64,000 bases of DNA. Source: Nitrosopumilus sp. Its GTDB lineage: Archaea; Thermoproteota; Nitrososphaeria; Nitrososphaerales; Nitrosopumilaceae. This document shows positions 51,029 through 59,800 of the stretch, piece after piece (positions within the stretch are counted from its first letter, which is position 1; each line of letters opens with the position of its first letter). The stretch is from the NCBI GenBank assembly GCA_965207075.1, contig CBDBLO010000002.1, positions 736,001 to 800,000 of the forward strand, written 5' to 3'. The notes beneath the pieces are model-generated. The model saw only the letters and a program-made list of their open reading frames with translations. It did not search any database and was not told the origin of the DNA. The position numbers and the translations under genes were made by a program.

Positions 51029-52425
51029 GATAACCCCTTCGACGTACCAGCCGTGATGAAGCGACCCCTGGCGGACTATGGGACAATGCACCCTTTGGTT
51101 AGAATGGGGCAATCCGAGCTGCTGTATGACTGGGCTGCGAGCCCTGATAGGAGTGTGCAGCTTCCGTTTCGTCAAAAATGCATCCGACCAGGAGGTGATG
51201 GCAAAGGATGAAGATGGGCATAGGAATCGACATCAGCAAGAAAAAGTGTGACTATTGCATAATCAACGGCAGGGGAAGGGTCCTCTAGCGTGGACAGTAT
51301 CTTAACACGCAAAAGGATGCAGGGCGGTGTGCGCGGACCATACTTGCCAAGTATGGCAGGATGGGAAACTGCACGGCCGCGTGTGGGACCACCGCCAACA
51401 TGTGGATTGCGACGGCCGACGCATTTGAGCGCGCCGGCATTGGGATCAAGCTTGCCAACTCATACAAGATGGCGCTGATCAACAAGACCGGAAAAAAGAC
51501 CGACAAGATCGACGCCGAGAAGATAGCGCAGATACTCAGGATGGGCTCGATACCGGAGTGCTACGTGCCGCCGGCGCGCACGCGCGGCGTCAGGAACATG
51601 GTGCGGCAGCATGTCCGTCTGGTGCAGGCAAGGACCAGGGTGGTAAACCGGGTACACAGCCTGCTTGACGCGCACGGCAAGACCGTGCATGCGGCCAACA
51701 TGTACTCGCACAAGGCACTGTCCTACCCGGACTCGCTCAGTCTTGGCGACGCGCAGGACGACTTTGTGCTGAGGCAGTGTGTCAGAAGGATGAGGCACTA
51801 CACAAGCGAGATTACGGAGATCGACAGGCAGTTGGAGGCAGAGGCAGCGCAGAACGAGGATGCAAAGCTGCTTGCCAGCATGACCGGCATTGGAATCTAC
51901 ACGGCCATGCTCCTGGCATCTGAGATATCCGAAATATCAAGGTTTGAGACTCCAAAACAGATGATCTCGTGGGCGGGACTGTGTCCGACCGTCAGGCAGT
52001 CCGGCAACGAGATGCGCCTTGGAAGGATAAAGAAGCTTGGCACCGACGGCCTGGTCAACTGGGCGGTGTGCGAGGCGGCCAACGTGGCAGTCAAGTACGA
52101 CGCGAGGATGAAGGCCGCATACGAGGCCGCATGCAGGCGGCACGCTGGCAAGCACATGCTTGGGATCGTTGTGGTGGCCCACAAGATGGTCACCATAATG
52201 TGGCACATGCTGAAAAACCGAACCCCATACGAGTCGCGCAACGATGATCTGTACAGGCGCAAGCTGGCCAGACTGGAGAAAAGACGGCAGGGCAAGGCAT
52301 AGCCACTGCACATGCACGTGTACATACCAACCTCTAGCGTTAGCTATAAACAGCATGTCCCCCTCCTAGGCGTGAGACGGATGGAATATCGGAAAGATCC
52401 GGCTCGTACGTTCAGGGGTTATCAT
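51029..52425 (+). mobile_element. IS110-family element
   Basis: Terminal inverted repeats GATAACCCCT..ACGTAC.AGCCG; DEDD recombinase gene; no TSD. Confidence 0.85.
51208..52302 (+). pseudogene. IS110 DEDD recombinase with in-frame TAG at 51286
   Basis: GIDISK, KTDKIDA, GIG..TA, SWAGLCP…QSG; stop at 51286-88 and expected catalytic Glu appears as Gly (ACGTT). Confidence 0.85.
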
Positions 52426-53893
52426 AGGAGGAGGTTCCGCTCAGGATATTCGGCGGCATGCCCGACACGTTGAGGCCCCGCTTCCTCCACGTCGGCACGC
52501 ACGTCACTATGTATGAGAACGTCCTGGCGCCCTCCAGGCTGGCGATCCTGAACCGGATCTTCCGGGCCATGTCCACCTTCCTCAGCATCCGCTCGGACTC
52601 GTTGTTGGTCGGGTCCACCCCCGGGCAGTTGACGAACGTGAACAGGAAGGGCGCGGCGTTGGCAGGCTTCGTGGCAAACGTTGCGCCCGCGGCGCGCAGG
52701 CCGAACCGCCGCGCGATGGCAGCGGCGGCCGCGGCCGCTTCCATGGGCCCCGTGCCCACCTCGGGGCCGCCGGGGCCGCGCCGCCCGAGCTTGGCGTCGC
52801 GGTACAGCCGTACCAGAGCCGTGCAGCGCGGCCAGCTCCGGGGCCGCTTCCCCGTGCTCCCTGGCCGGCGCGCCGGACTCGCGCAGTATGTGGGCCCGGC
52901 ACCGCTGCCTGGCGGCATACCCGGCATACCCGGAGTACCCGTCGCACGCCGGGGGCTTGTCGCGGTACGGCTCGACGCGGTCCATCACGACGCCTGCGCG
53001 CGACGGCGGGGCGTGCACGACAACGGAGTCCCCGCCAATGACGGCCCACACGTAGCCGCCCCCGCGCGGGAACCCGTACGTCGTCTCGTCGGCCTTGAGG
53101 TTCGGGGCCCCGCCCAGCGACCCCGCGATGCCGTCCCTCTCGGCCTGCAGCGCCCTGCCCGCGGCCGCCAGCGCGCCCTGCACCGCGGCCCTTCCGAGGT
53201 TTGTCCCGAAGGCGTCGTTCAGAATGTCCGCGATCCCGCTCGTGCTCACGTGCTTCTCCCACATCTGCACCGCCCTTGATACGCGGACGGGCCCGAGGGA
53301 CGTCCCCCTGACTGCAACCCCGACGCCGTCCTCGTACAGCGACGGGGCCTCCGTGGCGCGGCCGCACCCCCCGCACTTGCCGGGGACGTGGTGTACGGTC
53401 GGCGACGGCCTGCGGCCGCGCGAGACGCCCCTGCGCCCCGGCCTCCGCCCGGGCCTCTTGCAGTCCGCCGGGTCCTTCCTTGGGGCCGCCTTCTTCCGCC
53501 TCTCGGGGATGGGGCTGGCAGACGGCGGGCTGTGCTGGCTCTCGTAGCATGTGATGCGCCCGCCTCCCCCGCCCAGCTGCCCACTCGGCTGCCCGTTCTG
53601 CACCTTCAGCTGCCCAATCTCGATCCTCGTCTGCCCGTTCTGCACCTTCAGCTGCTCCGGGGCCGCATCCCTCTTTGACCCCCGCCGTGACCCGTGCGAG
53701 CTCGTCTCGCAGCAGCTTGACCCCGGAGGGGCTTGACACTGCGTCTGTGCGTTCCCAGTACGATAGATCTGATGATCTGGAAAGTCTGGCCTCGTGCTCA
53801 ACCCAACCAGTTACAGCAAAATGGGGGACAGGCGGGTTCTGGTCCGCACCTGCAATGGCGGCCCGCTCATACTGAAACCGCCGCAGCCGCATC

Positions 53894-56800
53894 CTACGAC
53901 TGGGTGGATAGCCTGACGAAGTTGGAGGCGCCCGACTCGCCGTGCCCGTTGATTGCGATTATCCTGAAGACGTAGACGGTCTCCGGGTCGAGGCCGGCGA
54001 CCGCGTAGGAGGTGCCCGGCGCGCCGGTGTCCTCGACCAGCACCGAGAGCCGGTCCTCGGTGGCCGGCGTCCTGGACATTATCTTGTAGCCGGTTATCGA
54101 GCCGTCACCGGGGTCGTCCCAGGTCAGGGTGATGGTCGCGTTGGCGGAGGTCGCCTGGAGGTTCCGGGGGGCGGCCGGCGGGCTGGCCGGGATGTCGTTT
54201 GTGGCGGCGACCGCCGCCGTGCCGGAAGACAGCCTGACGAAGTTGGAGGCGCCCGACTCGCCGTGCCCGTTGATTGCGATTATCCTGAAGACGTAGACGG
54301 TCTCCGGGTCGAGGCCGGCGACCGCGTAGGAGGTGCCCGGCGCGCCGGTGTCCTCGACCAGCACCGAGAGCCGGTCCTCGGTGGCCGGCGTCCTGGACAT
54401 TATCTTGTAGCCGGTTATCGAGCCGTCACCGGGGTCGTCCCAGGTCAGGGTGATGGTCGCGTTGGCGGAGGTCGCCTGGAGGTTCCGGGGGGCGGCCGGC
54501 GGGCTGGCCGGGATGTCGTTTGTGGCGGCGACCGCCGCCGTGCCGGAAGACAGCCTGACGAAGTTGGAGGCGCCCGACTCGCCGTGCCCGTTGATTGCGA
54601 TTATCCTGAAGACGTAGACGGTCTCCGGGTCGAGGCCGGCGACCGCGTAGGAGGTGCCCGGCGCGCCGGTGTCCTCGACCAGCACCGAGAGCCGGTCCTC
54701 GGTGGCCGGCGTCCTGGACATTATCTTGTAGCCGGTTATCGAGCCGTCACCGGGGTCGTCCCAGGTCAGGGTGATGGTCGCGTTGGCGGAGGTCGCCTGG
54801 AGGTTCCGGGGGGCGGCCGGCGGGCTGGCCGGGATGTCGTTTGTGGCGGCGACCGCCGCCGTGCCGGAAGACAGCCTGACGAAGTTGGAGGCGCCCGATT
54901 CGCCGTGCCCGTTGATTGCGATTATCCTGAAGACGTAGACGGTCTCCGGGTCGAGGCCGGCGACCGCGTAGGAGGTGCCCGGCGCGCCGGTGTCCTCGAC
55001 CAGCACCGAGAGCCGGTCCTCGGTGGCCGGCGTCCTGGACATTATCTTGTAGCCGGTTATCGAGCCGTCACCGGGGTCGTCCCAGGTCAGGGTGATGGTC
55101 GCGTTGGCGGAGGTCGCCTGGAGGTTCCGGGGGGCGGCCGGCGGGCTGGCCGGGATGTCGTTTGTGGCGGCGACCGCCGCCGTGCCGGAAGACAGCCTGA
55201 CGAAGTTGGAGGCGCCCGATTCGCCGTGCCCGTTGATTGCGATTATCCTGAAGACGTAGACGGTCTCCGGGTCGAGGCCGGCGACCGCGTAGGAGGTGCC
55301 CGGCGCGCCGGTGTCCTCGACCAGCACCGAGAGCCGGTCCTCGGTGGCCGGCGTCCTGGACATTATCTTGTAGCCGGTTATCGAGCCGTCACCGGGGTCG
55401 TCCCAGGTCAGGGTGATGGTCGCGTTGGCGGAGGTCGCCTGGAGGTTCCGGGGGGCGGCCGGCGGGCTGGCCGGGATGTCGGTTATGGTGACGACCGCCG
55501 TGTCGGAGGCGGAGGCGCCGTGTTGGTCGGTGGCCGTCAGCGTCAGGGAGACTGCGGCAGTCGAGTTGACCTGCGGGGCGGCAAAGCTGGTGGCCGGCGA
55601 GGTGGCGTTCTCAAGCTGTATGGCCGGGCCGGTGGCGTTGTGGGTCCACAGGTAGGCCAGGCCGTCGCCGTCCCGGTCGGTGGCGCCGCCCGACAGGGCG
55701 ACCGTCTCGCCCTCGTTGACGGACTGGTCGGGGCCCGCGTCGACTGACGGCGGGGAGTTGTAGCCGCGGACCGCGCCGAGGGCGGCCGCGTCCACCACGT
55801 ACGACTGGTCCTCGCCGGTGGGAGCGAGGGCGGCCAGCGGATTGCCCGCCAGGTCGGCCACGGCGCCGTACGGGGCGATGCCCAGGCCGTAGGTGCCGTT
55901 CCGGGCGGCCGAGACGGTCACGGTATACTCGCTGCCGCCGCCGGTCAGGCCGGTCACGGCGGCGCCGGCGTCGTCGTACCCGACCTCCAGTGTCCATTCG
56001 TTGAGGACTCCCGTATCGGCCTCCACAAGGTCGTGCACGCGCAGCGTCCAGTCTCCCGCGGTCCGGGCGCCGGCAAGGTCCGGCGCGTACGTGCCCGCGA
56101 TGCCGCCTGCGCCTGCGCCGGCTGGATCGTGCAGCAGCGCGGCCCTTCCGTCCGGCGAGATCAGATCGATCCTGAGATCGCTGGCGTAGGGGTGCGTTAC
56201 GTTCAGGCGGACCGAGACGGCCTTGGCGGGTCCGAGGTCGGGGACGCTGATCGCGTCGAGCACGGGGCTTCCGGCATCGTACTGCCTCGGATTGCCCGGG
56301 CCCTTCTGGTGCAGGGGCGGGATGGACGGGTGCGTGGAACGGCTGGCGTCCGGTATGGCGAGCGACGGCGCCGACGTCTGCGAGAACCGCCCGGGCGTGA
56401 CCGCGTCGCCGGACACGGCCAGAAAGTCGGCCATGTCCACGCCGGCGACCGGCTCGCTGAAGGACACGTCGAATGACAGCAGGCGGTCCGGGGCGGCCTG
56501 CGCCGCCCCGCCGCTCCGCGTGAAGGACTTGACGGTCGGGGGGCCGGTGAGCACCGTGTACGACTGGTCCTCGCCGGCGGGGGCGGTCCCGGCCAGCCGG
56601 TTGCCCTCCGGGTCGGCTATGCCGTTGTCCGGGGCGACGTCCAGGCCGTAGGTGCCGTCCCGGGCGGCCGAGACGGCCACGGCGTACTCGCTGCCGCCGC
56701 CGGTCAGGCCGGTCACGGCGGCGCCGGTGTCGTTGTAGGAGACCGTGACGGTCCACCCGTTCAGCACGCCCGAGTCCTGCCGGTCAAGGTCGCGCACGTG

Positions 56801-59800
56801 GAGCGTCCAGTCGCCTGCCGCCTCCACGCCGGCAAAGTCCGGCTCGTACGTCCGGCGCAGGTCCTGGCCCGCCGCGCCCGCGCGGTCGTGCAGCGCCCTG
56901 GAGGTTCCGTCCGGCGAGACCAGGCTCACCCTGAGATCGCCTATGAACGAGTGCGTTATGTCGAGGTCGACGGATACGGAGGCGACTGCGCCCGGGCGCC
57001 CAACCGCGACGGCGTCGCGGATCGTCGTCCCGAACGGTATGGGCGCAGACGGCGTGCTGGAATAGGCGGATCTCTCGTATTCGAGCGGCTCCTCGAGGAC
57101 CGGCACAAAGTCGCCCCGGTCCACCCCGGTGACCGGCCTGCTGAAGTTGACGTGGAACACCACGTCCCCGCTGCCGGTGATCCGGCCCTCGGGGGATCCC
57201 TTGGTGATGGACTCCACGGCGGCGGCGGGTGCCTCCGGTTCGTCGGCGGCGACCTCGATGGCCAGGTCGGCGGTGGCGGCGGCAATCCCGCTGCCGCCGA
57301 CGCCGTAGACCGCGCCCCGTCCGATGTCCAGCTGCGGGGACGCCATCAGGGCAAGGTCGGCCCGCTGCCGGGCGGAGAGCGTGGCCGTGACGGTCGGGCC
57401 CGAGGATCCCCCGGGCAGGGCCCCGTCCAGCGCGATGCCCCCCTCGGACCGGCCGGCGTCCCTGATGTGGAGGCGGTCGTAGTGGACGGTCCCGTTGAGC
57501 GGCTCGCTGAAGGTGATGGACAGCCGTCCGGTCGCGGCCGAGTATGCGGCCGAGGAGAACTTTGGCCCTCCGGCCGACCCTCCCGCCCCCTCGAAGGCCA
57601 CCTCGAGCACGTTGGAGGCGGTGTTGGCGTTGCCGGCCGGGTCGGAGACGAGGCCGGCCGGTATCCGGGCGGCGACCAGGCCGTCGCCGGCCGGGGTCAG
57701 CGTGAAGGCGAAGGTGAGGTTGCCCGAGACGTGCCGCAGGCCCGAGGCGGTGCCGCCGGTGACGGACACGTCGTCGCCCAGGTCGAAGGTGGCCGCGTCG
57801 ATGGCCTCGCCGAAGTCGACGTCCACCCGGACGGAGCCGGCGCTGGTCGGGGAGGGGGAGGCGGTGCTCAGCGACGGCGCCGGCCCTGTCGTGTCACGGA
57901 CGGCTATCGGGTTGCCGGCCGAGGCCGCTATCGGGTTGCCGGAGGCGTCGGAGACGGCGCCCGCGTCGATGTCCAGCTGCGGCGCCGCCAGGTCCGCGAG
58001 GGATGCGCGCTGCGGGCCGGTGAGGGTGACGGCCAGGGAGCGGCCGTCGACTGACGGGGCGGCCCCGGCCAGGGTCACGCCGCCGCTGCCGCCGGACCGG
58101 CCGGCGTCCCTGATGTGGAGGCGGTCTAGGTGGACGGTCCCGTTGAGCGGCTCGCTGAAGGCGATCGCCAGCGTGCCGTTGGCCGCGTGGTATGCGGCCC
58201 AGAGCGGGGCGGGCGGGGACGAGTCGCCCCCCACGGTGACCAGGACGGTCCGTGAGTGGGTCGCGGCGCCGGCCCCCTCCCCCAGGACGCCCCTGGCGGT
58301 GATGGTGACGTTGTAGCTGCCCGGCGCGGGGTCCAGGCCGGCCTTGACTGCCAGCGCCCCGTCGGCCACCACGAAGAGGCCGCCGCCCTCCGCGGACTCG
58401 TCCACCGCGTAGGCGGGGCCCCGGCCGTCCAGCCAGGCGTTCTGCGCCCGTATGGGCAGCGCGTCGCCGGCGGCCGAGATGGTTGTGTCGTCCAGCACTA
58501 TGTACCAGCCGCCCAGGTTCCGGGCGAAGCTGCCGGCTACAAGGAGCATCTCGGACATGTCGGCGGCCGCCGAGACGTTCCATCCGGATATGTCGCCGTT
58601 GAAGGCGCCGGCGCCGCTGAACATCCGGCTCATGTCCGTCACCGAGGAGACGTCCCAGTCCGAGAGGCTGCCGTTGAACTGGGAGGCGAACCTGAACATC
58701 CCGGACGCGTCCGTCACGGCGGACAGGTCGGGGGCGTCGGTCGCCCTGTACACCATGTTTGACGCGCCGGCAAACGCGCCGCTCATCGACCTCCACCTGA
58801 TGTCGCCCCACTGCTCTATCGACTTGAGCTTTAGCGCGTTGGCGGGATGGTGTGGCAGGTGGATGCTGGCAAGGTCCCCGTATATGCTGACGGTGTAGGT
58901 CCCGGGCGACTCGTACACGTGCGAACTGTCCCCGGAGACGTCGGTGTCGACGCTGGCGTCGCCCCAGGTGACCGTGTAGGTGCCCGCGGCGTCCCCCACC
59001 GTGATTACCACGTACTCGTCGTCTCCGGTCGTCTGCCAGGTGGTGACGAACGCGGCGTCGGGCGCGGTGCCGGCCGGGGCGGCCGTGACGGTGAGGGCCA
59101 GCAGGTTTGACGCGGTGTTGCTGTTGCCCGCCGGGTCCAGCACGGCGCCCTCGGGGATGGAGACCGTCAGGTTGCCCGCCGCCAGCCCGTACACCTCGAA
59201 GGTGAACTCCCTGGCGGTGCCCGCAGCCGGCGCGGGGGCCGACACAGTCCCGCCCGACGCCGACACGTCCGAGCTGCCGAACGTGGCCGCGTCCACCGGC
59301 TCGCCAAAGTCCACCGAGAAGGCGACGCGGTCGGCGCTGGTCGGGGACGGCTCGGCGGTGGAGATCGAGGGGGACGGGCGGGTCCGCTCCACGAGCATCA
59401 CGTACGGGTCCGACGCGGTGTTGCTGTTGCCCGCCGGGTCCAGCACGGCGCCCTCGGGGATGGAGACCGTCAGGTTGCCCGCCGCCAGCCCGTACACCTC
59501 GAAGGTGAACTCCCTGGCGGTGCCCGCAGCCGGCGCGGGGGCCGACACCGTCCCGCCCGACGCCGACACGTCCGAGCTGCCGAACGTGGCCGCGTCCACC
59601 GGCTCGCCAAAGTCCACCGAGAAGGCGACGCGGTCGGCGCTGGTCGGGGACGGCTCGGCGGTGGAGATCGAGGGGGACGGGCGGGGCCGCTCCACGAGCA
59701 TCACGTACGGGTCCGACGCGGTGTTGCTGTTGCCCGCCGGGTCCAGCACGGCGCCCTCGGGGATGGAGACCGTCAGGTTGCCCGCCGCCAGCCCGTACAC

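Larger units (their letters stand above)
51010..53814 (-). mobile_element. IS66-family element (frameshifted transposase), interrupted near its right end by IS110
   Basis: Ends GTAACTGGTT…/…AACCAGTTAC; TnpC motifs ADETT, CDGY, QRC.AH.LR, PTNNESER. Confidence 0.85.

Noticed and set aside
50374-53814. Composite transposon formed by inverted IS66 copies
   Set aside because: No 8-bp target duplication at the outer ends; better explained as one IS66 truncating another.
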